18,647 bases of DNA from a bacterium (GTDB taxonomy: Bacteria > Eisenbacteria > RBG-16-71-46): contig JAYWEM010000135.1 in NCBI GenBank assembly GCA_043779265.1, positions 1-18,647 on the forward strand, read 5' to 3'. This document shows, in pieces, positions 1 to 10,307 of this stretch. The notes beneath the pieces were generated by a model. That model was not told the origin of the DNA and ran no database searches. It saw nothing but the letters and a program-made list of their open reading frames with translations. The first letter of the stretch is position 1, and every line of letters begins with the position of its first letter. Both the position numbers and the translations under genes were made by a program.

Positions 1-1374
1 TACCCGGTGTTGGATAACGCCCTCTCGGCCCAGATCGCGTTCTCGGGCGCCTACGAGGTGAAGGACTGGCCGCTCCTGCCCGACTTCCACGGGCGGGAGA
101 CCGCACTGGTCGCGCCGCTGGGGCAGTTCATCACGGCTCAGGGTTGCGATACGCGCGAACTCTCCGCACGTCTCGTCACCGACCGTCAGTACGAGTGGTT
201 CGATTTCGATTGCAACTACTGCACCGGCGCCTGGTCGCCCTCTCGCGGTGGCCTGTTCCACCGCACTTGGTTGGCCGAGGCCCCGCCACCCAGTCCGGCC
301 ACCAACATCTCGACGACGTTCAACTACACGGACAATCCGAACCGCACGAGCGACTTGATCGCGGCCGGGGATGCGACGGTGCGTCTGGCGTGGGACAACG
401 GTTCGGAACTCGTGCCGGATCCGAAGACGGGCCAGTTCGACTTTCGCGGCTACCGGATCTGGAAGGTGTCGAACTGGACTCGCCCGGTCGGCGCCGGTGG
501 TCCGGCTGAGGACAACTGGACGCTGCTGGGCGAGTATCGCCGGTTCGACTACAAGCGGCGGAACTACACGGTGAACCCGGCTGGTTCGCGGAACTGTCCG
601 CAGATGTTCATCCCGCAGCTCGATGCGACGGTGCCGATCTGCCTCGACTCGCTCGATCTGTTCGACGAGCAGAGCGGCAGGATCCTTCGTCCCGACAGTT
701 CGGTGCTCTGCGTCGGCTGGCCGGACTGTGTGTACTTCGAGGGCGATCGCCTGGGCGCTGCGGGCAGGCGCGAGCGGCGCGACCAGTACCCCATCGGCCG
801 CTACCGCTTCACGGATCGTGAAGTGAAGAACGGGTTCATGTACTTCTACTCGGTGACCGCCTTCGACTCGAGCGGTGTCGGTGCCAGCAAGAGCGAACTC
901 GGCGGCCGTCGTGCGGCTGTCGAAGCGGAGGCGGTCGTTCCGCAGGTGGCTGCCAAGGACGAGAGCGGCGGCGTCTGGGTCGTTCCGAATCCCTATCGCG
1001 GTGCGCAACTCATCTCGGATCGGCCATCGAGCTGGGACCTGCTACCGAATGCTTCCGACCCGACCGGTACGCACGTCGACTTCTTCGGGCTGCCGAGGTC
1101 GGACTGGACCATCAAGATCTTCACCATCTCGGGTGATCTCGTCGCAGAGCTCCGCTCCACCGACGGAGTCAACGAATCCGTGCGCGGCCCGGTCACTGGG
1201 ACAGACGGACGTATCCGCGATGGCTTCACGCGCCAGCAGGACCATGATGCAGACGGGCAGGCCCGCTGGAATCTCATCTCCCGCAACGGCCAGGACGTCG
1301 TCAGCGGCATCTATCTGTTCACTGTCGAGTCGAGTCGCGGCAGCCAGCGCGGCCGCTTCGTGATCATCCGCTAG
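1..1374 (+). CDS. Large exported protein, 5'-truncated; FN3-like region plus a T9SS type A / FlgD-Ig-like C-terminal domain
   Basis: Frame 1 is open from base 1 to TAG at 1372-1374. FN3-like motifs: VRLAWD, GYRIWK, FTDREVKNGFMYFYSVTAFD. The C-terminal domain runs VVPNPY...IKIFTISGDLV...WNLISRNGQDVVSGIYLFTVES...GRFVIIR, the pattern of Por/T9SS-type sorting tails. Confidence 0.75.
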   Translation, partial: YPVLDNALSAQIAFSGAYEVKDWPLLPDFHGRETALVAPLGQFITAQGCDTRELSARLVTDRQYEWFDFDCNYCTGAWSPSRGGLFHRTWLAEAPPPSPATNISTTFNYTDNPNRTSDLIAAGDATVRLAWDNGSELVPDPKTGQFDFRGYRIWKVSNWTRPVGAGGPAEDNWTLLGEYRRFDYKRRNYTVNPAGSRNCPQMFIPQLDATVPICLDSLDLFDEQSGRILRPDSSVLCVGWPDCVYFEGDRLGAAGRRERRDQYPIGRYRFTDREVKNGFMYFYSVTAFDSSGVGASKSELGGRRAAVEAEAVVPQVAAKDESGGVWVVPNPYRGAQLISDRPSSWDLLPNASDPTGTHVDFFGLPRSDWTIKIFTISGDLVAELRSTDGVNESVRGPVTGTDGRIRDGFTRQQDHDADGQARWNLISRNGQDVVSGIYLFTVESSRGSQRGRFVIIR

Positions 1375-1403
1375 TGCCAATGGCCAGCGAAAGAGGAGGC
1401 AAC

Positions 1404-2348
1404 GTGAAGAAGTGGATCGCGGCTGTGGCGCTGGTCGGGTGCGTCATGCCCGGAGTGGCCAATGCCGCCAGTATCTTCGAGAAGGTCGGCACCTTCGACG
1501 GGCAGTTCCTCAAGATCGGGATCGGTGCTCGCGCTGCCGGTATGGGCGGTGCCTTCGTGGCCATGGCCGACGATGCCAGTTCGGTCTTCTGGAATGCCGC
1601 CGGCGTGGCGCGCATCGATGCCGACAAGTCGCAGCTGGCGCTGAACCACGCGACCTGGCCCGCGGACCTGTCGTTCGATCAGGTCACCTATGTCTTCCAC
1701 ATGAAGCAGATCCCCGGTGCTTTCGCCGTGCACGCGCGCACACTCTCGGGAGCGCCGCAAGAGGTGACGACGGCCTACCAGCCGAACGGCACCGGCCAGA
1801 CTTTCGATGCGGGCTACATGACTGCTGGCGTCACGTACGGCAGGTCGTTCACCGACAAGTTCAGCGCGGGCGTCACGGCGAACTTGGTGCACGAGGGCCT
1901 TGCGGACCTCTCGCAGCAGACGTTCTCGTTCGACATCGGAACGCTCTATGACGTCGGCACTGCGGGTATGCGCATCGGCATGGCGATCACGAACATCGGC
2001 TCCGAGATCAAGTTCATCGAGCGAGGCGCTCGCATCCCGGCGATCTTCCGTGTCGGGACGACTGCGAGCCTCTACTCGAGCGCCGAGCAGACGCTGGTGG
2101 GTTCGTTCGAGTTCTCGCATCCGCCGGACAACGCCGAGCGGCTCAACTTCGGCGCCGAGTACTCCTTCCGCAAGTACTTGTTCCTCCGCGCCGGCTACAA
2201 CGCCAACTACGATGCCGAGGGCATCGCGGGAGGGATCGGGTTCCACTTCCCGGTGTCCGTGGCCGGAATGGCCAACTTGGATTACGCCTACACCGACATG
2301 AAGGACCTGGGCGCGGCGCACCGCTTCTCGCTTCGCTTCCAGTTCTGA
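1404..2348 (+). CDS. PorV/PorQ (UPF0164-like, FadL-related) outer-membrane beta-barrel protein
   Basis: GTG at 1404 follows the RBS GAGGAGG. Signal peptide ends ...VANA. Family motif FLKIGIGARAAGMGGAFVAMADDASSVFWNAAG, also FDIG and AYTD-x-KDLG-x-x-HRFSL. Ends in Phe (beta signal). Confidence 0.85.
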   Translation: MKKWIAAVALVGCVMPGVANAASIFEKVGTFDGQFLKIGIGARAAGMGGAFVAMADDASSVFWNAAGVARIDADKSQLALNHATWPADLSFDQVTYVFHMKQIPGAFAVHARTLSGAPQEVTTAYQPNGTGQTFDAGYMTAGVTYGRSFTDKFSAGVTANLVHEGLADLSQQTFSFDIGTLYDVGTAGMRIGMAITNIGSEIKFIERGARIPAIFRVGTTASLYSSAEQTLVGSFEFSHPPDNAERLNFGAEYSFRKYLFLRAGYNANYDAEGIAGGIGFHFPVSVAGMANLDYAYTDMKDLGAAHRFSLRFQF

Positions 2349-2358
2349 TCGGACCCGG

Positions 2359-3861
2359 ATGACCGGGATCTCGGTCAGCTCGATTCTCGATGTGACGGCG
2401 CGCTCCCATGCGGGGGTGCGCCGTCTTGTCATGTGCGCCTGCTTGATGATGGGGCTGGTGAGTCCAGCCCACGCCGTGCGGATGGAAGGGGAGGCGCCCT
2501 GGCGCGCCGGTGGTCGTGTGGGCTTCACGCTCGATGCTCGGGCTCGCCCGGATACCGCCGGGCTGGTGCTCGAGGTCCAGATGCGGATCCCGCCCGCCAC
2601 GATCCATCAGCTGTCGCGCGACAGCTTGGGTGATGCGCATCTGGACGCTCATGTGAAAGTGCGCGGCCGCTTCGGCTCTAAGGCCGTGGAGAGCGAGCGC
2701 GTGATCACGATCACCGCTGCGGACACCGCGCTCGGGCAGGGGAAGGTCGTGGTGATGCGCTTCCCGGCAGCACCGGGTCCCGCTCAGATCACCGCGCGGC
2801 TCGAGGATCGCAACTCCCGCAAGCGAGGGCTGATCTACTCGGGCCGCAGTGCGCACGAGTCACTGGAGCTGAGTGGCCAGATCGAGATCCCCAAGCCGCA
2901 GGCCGGCCGCGAGATCGGACACCTCGAGTTCCTGTGGCCGACGCCAGGGGATCGCGTGCCGCTCGAGTTCGTCCGTTCGGGTCGCGCCGTCGTGCCCAAT
3001 CCGGAGCGGCTGTACGGGTTGCATGCCACACTGCTGAACGCGGCATTCGTCGCGCGCGGTCGCCCGGGTGATGAACGGCCATGGCACTTCGTGGCTCGCG
3101 TGTTCGACTCCGAGGGCCGGGCCTTCGCCCAGCACGAGAGCACAGCGGCCGGTTCGCGTCTGCTGGATGCCGACGTCCGCTTCGACCTCTCGGAGGCCCC
3201 CTCGGGTGCCTATGACCTCGAGGTGAAGGCGTGGCAGGAGGGGGACGCGGGTGCACTGCTGCGGCGCGCTCGATTCTCGATCGGCTGGCGTCAGGAGACC
3301 TGGCTCCGGGATGCCGCCGCCGTCACGGACGATGTGCACTTCCTGATCGATGCGTTCGACGAGGAGAACTTCGCCACGATGCACCCGGGTGCCCAAGAAC
3401 GGTTCCTCGAGGAGTTCTGGAGGGTCCGCGACCCCAGTCCCGAGACGGCTTTCAACGAGCTCGAGGCGGCGTTCCATCAACGCGTCGCCCATGCGAACGT
3501 GACCTTCACGCGTGCCGGGCTCGAGAAGGGGATGTTCTCCGACATGGGCCGCGTGTACATCCGCTACGGTGAGCCGAGCGACGTCCAGAAGCAAGTCCTG
3601 CCCGCCGGCGAGGACACGGCGCTCCAGGCGATCCTCGAGATTCGCCAGCGTGAAGATGCCGAGATGGGGTCGGTCCACCAGAAGGGACTGGGCGGCGACA
3701 TGCGCCCATTCGAGGTCTGGATCTACGAGGGCGACATCCCGCAACCGATCGAGGCCGACCCGCGCGTCAGCGACCGACGATTGAACAAGCGCCGCCTCGT
3801 CTTCCTGTTCATCGACGATCATGGACTCGGCACCTATCGGCTGCGGTTCTCGACCGAGTAG
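2359..3861 (+). CDS. GWxTD domain-containing exported protein (start uncertain; 2416 GTG or 2431 ATG also possible)
   Basis: Signal-peptide-like segment MCACLMMGLVSPAHA. Ig-like region (SGAYDLEV). C-terminal motifs FLEEFWRVRDPSPET..NE, RVAHAN..F, G-MFSDMGRVYIRYGEP, FEVWIY and FLFIDDHGLGTYRL. Confidence 0.8.
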   Translation: MTGISVSSILDVTARSHAGVRRLVMCACLMMGLVSPAHAVRMEGEAPWRAGGRVGFTLDARARPDTAGLVLEVQMRIPPATIHQLSRDSLGDAHLDAHVKVRGRFGSKAVESERVITITAADTALGQGKVVVMRFPAAPGPAQITARLEDRNSRKRGLIYSGRSAHESLELSGQIEIPKPQAGREIGHLEFLWPTPGDRVPLEFVRSGRAVVPNPERLYGLHATLLNAAFVARGRPGDERPWHFVARVFDSEGRAFAQHESTAAGSRLLDADVRFDLSEAPSGAYDLEVKAWQEGDAGALLRRARFSIGWRQETWLRDAAAVTDDVHFLIDAFDEENFATMHPGAQERFLEEFWRVRDPSPETAFNELEAAFHQRVAHANVTFTRAGLEKGMFSDMGRVYIRYGEPSDVQKQVLPAGEDTALQAILEIRQREDAEMGSVHQKGLGGDMRPFEVWIYEGDIPQPIEADPRVSDRRLNKRRLVFLFIDDHGLGTYRLRFSTE

Positions 3862-3875
3862 GTGCGCGCTGCTGC

Positions 3876-3905
3876 TTGACCCTCCGCGCGCGAGTCGGCA
3901 ATAGT
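3876..3905 (+). promoter_or_regulatory. Candidate sigma70-type promoter for the glycolytic operon
   Basis: TTGACC (3876-3881), 18-nt spacer, AATAGT (3900-3905), in the 130-nt gap before pfkA. Confidence 0.45.
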
Positions 3906-3991
3906 GCCTGTTCAGTTCCATCGGTCCTCGGCATGCTGGCTTCCCCAACGATGGCGCGGGCATCTGAGCGCCCGGCCGGAGGTCGCAGGCG

Positions 3992-6083
<2,092 letters not shown>

Positions 6084-6094
6084 GGGAGCGAGCC

Positions 6095-7294
6095 ATGACG
6101 TTCTCCCGACGGACCGTCCAGCATCTCGACTGCACCGGCAAGCGCGTGCTGATGCGCGTCGACTTCAACGTCCCGACAGCGGACGGCGAGGTGACGGATG
6201 ACACGCGCATCGTCGCGGCCATGCCCACGATCCGCTATCTGCTGCAGAAGAAGGCCCGTTTGGTGCTGTGCTCGCACCTCGGTCGGCCGAAGGGTGGGCC
6301 CGCGCCCAAGTATTCCTTGCGACCCGTGCACGCGCGACTCGAGCGTCTGCTGAGGCAGAGCGTTCGATGGTCCGGTGATTGCGTCGGTGCCGAGGCCGAA
6401 GCGGCATCACGGGCGCTCGGCGACGGCGAGGTGCTGTTGCTCGAGAACCTGCGGTTCCACGCGGAGGAGGAGGCGAACGATCCCGAGTTCGCGGCATCGC
6501 TCGCGCGACTCGGTGACTGCTTCGTGAATGACGCCTTCGGCACCGCGCATCGTGCCCACGCCTCGACCGAGGGCGTGACGCATCATCTTCGACCGTGTGT
6601 CGCCGGGTTCCTGATGCAGAAGGAACTCGACTACCTCGGCAAGGCGCTCGAGAATCCTTCGCGGCCATTCGTGGCGATCCTCGGAGGCGCGAAGATCTCG
6701 GGCAAGATCGACGTGATCTCGCAGTTGCTCCCCAAGGTCGACCGGCTGCTGATCGGCGGCGCGATGATGTTCACATTCGCGCGGGCGATGGGGAAGCCCA
6801 CCGGCAAGTCGCTGGTCGAGGGCGATCGCATCGATGTGGCGAAGCAGATCATCGCTCAGGCGGCCGAGCGGGGCGTCGAGCTCGTGCTCCCGGTCGATTG
6901 TCTGGCTTCGGCCGCACCCGATGGCTCGGAGCCCGCTGCGCCCTCGACGATCGAGGCCCTCGGCCCCGATCAGATGGGTGTCGACATCGGCCCGGAGAGC
7001 ATCCGGCTGTTCCAGGACAAGCTGGTCGGGGCGAAGACCGTGTTGTGGAACGGACCGATGGGGATCTTCGAAGTCGAGGCATTCGCCTCCGGCACGCTCG
7101 CCGTGGCGCGCGCCTGCGCCGGTCTCTCGGGCGCCACGACGATCGTCGGCGGAGGGGATTCCGTGGCGGCGATCCAGCAGTCGGGGCTCGCCGAGCGGTT
7201 CTCCCATCTCTCGACCGGCGGAGGCGCTTCGCTCGAGTTCCTCGAGGGCAAGGCGCTGCCGGGCGTCACCGCACTCGATTCCGAGGAGGCGTGA
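6095..7294 (+). CDS. pgk: Phosphoglycerate kinase
   Basis: Motifs RVDFNVP, SHLGRPKG, LLENLRFH, NDAFGTAHRAHAS, WNGPMGIFE, GGGDS and STGGGASLEFLEG. ATG 6095 follows GAGGGAG. Confidence 0.98.
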   Translation: MTFSRRTVQHLDCTGKRVLMRVDFNVPTADGEVTDDTRIVAAMPTIRYLLQKKARLVLCSHLGRPKGGPAPKYSLRPVHARLERLLRQSVRWSGDCVGAEAEAASRALGDGEVLLLENLRFHAEEEANDPEFAASLARLGDCFVNDAFGTAHRAHASTEGVTHHLRPCVAGFLMQKELDYLGKALENPSRPFVAILGGAKISGKIDVISQLLPKVDRLLIGGAMMFTFARAMGKPTGKSLVEGDRIDVAKQIIAQAAERGVELVLPVDCLASAAPDGSEPAAPSTIEALGPDQMGVDIGPESIRLFQDKLVGAKTVLWNGPMGIFEVEAFASGTLAVARACAGLSGATTIVGGGDSVAAIQQSGLAERFSHLSTGGGASLEFLEGKALPGVTALDSEEA

Positions 7295-8085
7295 TGACGC
7301 CGATCGAGAGACGGCCCCGCTGGGTGGCCGGCAACTGGAAGATGCACCGCACCGCTGTCGAGGGCTCGGCGCTCGCGCGGGAGTGTGTCGTGCTGGCCGC
7401 AGGCGACGCGGCCTCGGCGAGCCGTGTCCGCGTCGTGATCTGTCCGCCGTTCCCGGGACTCTCGGCAGTGGCCTCGGCGCTCGAGGGCAGCGGGATGTGG
7501 CTGGGGGCCCAGAACCTCCATGCCGAGCCCCAGGGGGCGTTCACCGGCGAGGTCTCGGCCCCGATGCTGAGTGCGGCCGGATGCCAGGTCGTGCTCGTCG
7601 GGCACTCCGAGCGGCGGCATGGGATGGGGGAGACCGATGCGCAGGTCGCAGCCAAGGCACGTGCCGCACTCCAAGCGGGCCTCGTGCCGGTCGTGTGCGT
7701 CGGTGAACTGCTCGCCGAGCGCGAGGCGGGACGGACCGCGGATGTGATCGTGCGGCAGGTCGCCGCCGTCTATGAGGGCCTCTCGCTCGATGAGGCTCGC
7801 TCGAGCGTGGTCGCCTATGAGCCGGTCTGGGCCATCGGCACGGGCAAGGTCGCCAGTCCCGAGCAGGCGGTCGAGGCCCACCGGATCATCCGGGCGACGC
7901 TCGACCGCGTGGTGGGTGCCGGAGCCGGGGCCGCCCTGGCGATCCTCTACGGTGGCAGCGTGAACGCGGAGAACGCCGCGCTGCTGTTCACCCATGCCGA
8001 CGTGGATGGCGCGCTGGTGGGTGGGGCATCGCTCCAGGCGGCCGGATTCTGGCGGATCGCGGCGGCGGCGGGGGCCGCCCCGTGA
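7294..8085 (+). CDS. tpiA: Triosephosphate isomerase
   Basis: Motifs AGNWKM, GAFTGEVS, GHSERR, AYEPVWAIGTG, LYGGSV and VGGASL. ATG overlaps the pgk stop (TGATG), with RBS GAGGAGG upstream. Confidence 0.98.
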   Translation: MTPIERRPRWVAGNWKMHRTAVEGSALARECVVLAAGDAASASRVRVVICPPFPGLSAVASALEGSGMWLGAQNLHAEPQGAFTGEVSAPMLSAAGCQVVLVGHSERRHGMGETDAQVAAKARAALQAGLVPVVCVGELLAEREAGRTADVIVRQVAAVYEGLSLDEARSSVVAYEPVWAIGTGKVASPEQAVEAHRIIRATLDRVVGAGAGAALAILYGGSVNAENAALLFTHADVDGALVGGASLQAAGFWRIAAAAGAAP

Positions 8086-8096
8086 GTCGGGGGAGA

Positions 8097-8125
8097 TTGA
8101 CGACGCCCCGGCGCCCGGCTAGATT
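8097..8125 (+). promoter_or_regulatory. Candidate sigma70-type promoter for secG-tRNA
   Basis: TTGACG (8097-8102), 17-nt spacer, TAGATT (8120-8125). Confidence 0.65.
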
Positions 8126-8194
8126 CCCTGACCGTCTCGCGCCCGGCCCTCTCCGGGCCGCGGACTCGACTTCCCTCTGTCTGGAGCCCTGCAG

Positions 8195-8587
8195 ATGAAC
8201 ATCCCGCTGCTCATCATCCACCTGATCGTGTGCGTCCTCCTGATCGCCGTGGTGCTCGTCCAGCCCAGCAAGGGCGGGCTCGCGCAGGGTGCATTCGGCG
8301 GCGCCACCCAGACGGTGTTCGGTGGGCGCGGCGCCGGGGACTTCATCACCCGGCTGACGGTCGGCCTCGCGATCGTGTTCTTCATGACCTCGCTGACCCT
8401 CGCGCTCCTCACAGCGCGCGGCGGAAGCCAGGCCGAGCCGAGCCTCATCCAGGAGCAGGCACGTCGCCAGCAGCAGGGCACTCCGGCTCAGCTGCCTCCG
8501 GCCCAGTCGGCGCCGGGCAGTGCGATTCCCGCGGGCCCGGCCTCACCGGGCGGCCCTCCGCCGGCTCCCGCCGGCGGAACGCGCTGA
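8195..8587 (+). CDS. secG: Preprotein translocase subunit SecG
   Basis: Two hydrophobic segments flank VLVQPSKGG...AFGG...VFGGRGA.DFITRLT. Sits in the conserved tpiA-secG-tRNA-Leu order. Confidence 0.93.
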   Translation: MNIPLLIIHLIVCVLLIAVVLVQPSKGGLAQGAFGGATQTVFGGRGAGDFITRLTVGLAIVFFMTSLTLALLTARGGSQAEPSLIQEQARRQQQGTPAQLPPAQSAPGSAIPAGPASPGGPPPAPAGGTR

Positions 8588-8619
8588 GGCAGTTCGCAGC
8601 ACTCCGTATCGACATCAGT

Positions 8620-8704
<85 letters not shown>

Positions 8705-8711
8705 CTACACA

Positions 8712-8751
8712 AACGAAGAGAGCCGCGCCTCCTGGCGCGGCTCTCTTCGTT
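8712..8751. terminator. Perfect 18-bp hairpin, probably a bidirectional terminator between convergent units
   Basis: AACGAAGAGAGCCGCGCC-TCCT-GGCGCGGCTCTCTTCGTT, lying between the tRNA 3' end and the stop of the minus-strand gene at 8780. Confidence 0.8.
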
Positions 8752-8779
8752 GAAGGCGATGGGCTCCAGCAGCGCGCTG

Positions 8780-9268
8780 TTACTCGAGGATCTCGCGGAC
8801 GTAGCGGTCCATCGTCTCGCCATCGACGTAGCCCACGACGCGACGCACGATCTCGCCCTTGCGGTTGATGAACAGGGTCGTCGGGATCGAGCGGATCGGC
8901 CCGTAGGCCTCGAGCAAGGCGTCGTTGGCCATCGCGAGCGTGAATCGGATCCCCGACTTCTGGGCGTAGCGACGGACTCCCGCCACACCGCCCTCATCGA
9001 CCGAGATCCCGAGCACGTTCAGTCCCTGCTTCGCGTAGCGCGTCTGGATCGCATCGAGATGCGGCATGCTGGTCCGACAGGGGCCGCACCAGGTGGCCCA
9101 GAAATCGAGCACCACGGGCTTGTTGCGGAGATCGGCGAGGCGGATCGTGCGGCCCTCGAGGCTCTTCACCGAGAACGCCGGCGCGACCATCGGACCTGCC
9201 GCGGCGCTCGACACGCAGATTCCGGCGAGCAATGAGGCGGCGAACAACATCGTGTGGACACGGGACAC
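8780..9268 (-). CDS. TlpA/ResA-family thiol:disulfide oxidoreductase (redoxin), exported
   Basis: APAFSVKSLEG...VVLDFWATWCGPC...SIPTTLFINRKGEI, with an N-terminal hydrophobic signal. GTG at 9268 is preceded by GAGGA with a 6-nt spacer. Confidence 0.9.
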   Translation of the reverse strand: MSRVHTMLFAASLLAGICVSSAAAGPMVAPAFSVKSLEGRTIRLADLRNKPVVLDFWATWCGPCRTSMPHLDAIQTRYAKQGLNVLGISVDEGGVAGVRRYAQKSGIRFTLAMANDALLEAYGPIRSIPTTLFINRKGEIVRRVVGYVDGETMDRYVREILE

Positions 9269-9458
9269 GGCGGTTCCTCGGTTGCGGGGAATGGTGGATG
9301 GGCAGGGGAGGTATCGGCGCATCAACGAATGACTCTAGGGCCCGATGCGTAACGCAGGCGTCAGGAGGGAGAAAATCCTCTCGTCACGGGCTGATTCCTG
9401 ACGCTTGTCGGGAAAGCCACAAGCTCGACGTGAACGCCGCCACAGCGGGCGGATTCGC

Positions 9459-9487
9459 TTGGGAGCCCCATGCCCCTGTGCTAGCGT
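9459..9487 (+). promoter_or_regulatory. Candidate promoter for the tol-pal operon
   Basis: TTGGGA (9459-9464), 17-nt spacer, TAGCGT (9482-9487), with an extended -10 TG at 9479-9480. Confidence 0.5.
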
Positions 9488-9608
9488 GCTCACGCTCTCC
9501 CCAGAGACCAGCGTGACCTGTCCCCAGGCGAAGCAGCCTCGGCTGCACAGGCCCCGTGTCACCGGGCCTGCGTGGGGCCGGCCCGACTTCACAAGGAAGG
9601 TGAAGCCG

Positions 9609-10307
9609 ATGGAGCTTGGCCACATCCTGCTGCAACTCGGTTCCGGCGGACGCGCGTCCATCCCCGAGTTGATCGCGCATTCGAGCCTCTTCTCCAAGTT
9701 CGTGCTGCTCGTCCTCCTGGGACAGTCCGCCTACACCTGGGCCATCCTGTGGAATCGCCTGCGGCTCTACGAGCGCGTGCGCCTTCGGGACGTCTCCTTC
9801 CTGACCGCGTGGCGCAAGCTGCCCGATGCGGCGGACTGCCGACTGATCGCTGAACAACACGCGGGCAGCGTGCTCGCGCGTGCGGCGCTGACCGGTCAGC
9901 GCACACTCGAGCAACTCCCCTCGGACCGCGTCCCGCGCGAAGCGCGCATGGACTTCGCGCATCGCGCGATGGATCGCGCGGCGACGGATGAGCTCTCGGG
10001 TCTGGAGCGGCATGTCGGCTTCTTGGCCACCACGGGCAGTGTCGCGCCGTTCGTCGGCCTGCTGGGCACCGTGTGGGGCGTCATGGTCGCGTTCATCGAC
10101 ATCGGCGCGCAGGGCTCCGCGACGCTCGCGGTCGTCGCGCCGGGCATCGCCGAGGCACTCATCGCAACTGTTGCCGGACTGGCTGCCGCGATCCCCGCGG
10201 TGATCGGCTACAACCACTGTCTCGGGCGGCTGCGGGATCTCGGCGATCGCGCGACGCAGTTCTCGAGTGAGTACGTCGATCGCCACATGGGGGCCGAACT
10301 CCGATGA
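9609..10307 (+). CDS. tolQ: TolQ (MotA/TolQ/ExbB proton channel)
   Basis: [22 protein letters not shown] and [30 protein letters not shown] 9609 follows AAGGAAGG. First gene of an operon containing tolB and pal. Confidence 0.9.
   Translation: MELGHILLQLGSGGRASIPELIAHSSLFSKFVLLVLLGQSAYTWAILWNRLRLYERVRLRDVSFLTAWRKLPDAADCRLIAEQHAGSVLARAALTGQRTLEQLPSDRVPREARMDFAHRAMDRAATDELSGLERHVGFLATTGSVAPFVGLLGTVWGVMVAFIDIGAQGSATLAVVAPGIAEALIATVAGLAAAIPAVIGYNHCLGRLRDLGDRATQFSSEYVDRHMGAELR

Noticed and set aside
3906..3991. Possible structured leader before pfkA (CCATCG/CGATGG and GGCGC/GCGCC)
   Set aside because: The stems are only 5-6 bp in GC-rich DNA and match no riboswitch I recognise.
6595..8085. The tpiA frame stays open about 700 nt back into pgk, suggesting a Thermotoga-like PGK-TIM frameshift fusion
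   Set aside because: I found no slippery heptamer near the pgk end. tpiA has its own RBS and a TGATG coupling junction, and long open alternative frames are expected at this GC.
9361..9545. Fragments resembling a cobalamin riboswitch (AGCCAC, CCAGAGACC) or SRP RNA (CAGG...GAAGCAGC)
   Set aside because: The conserved cores and spacing are absent: no full B12 box and no CCGGAAGG-type SRP tetraloop helix.
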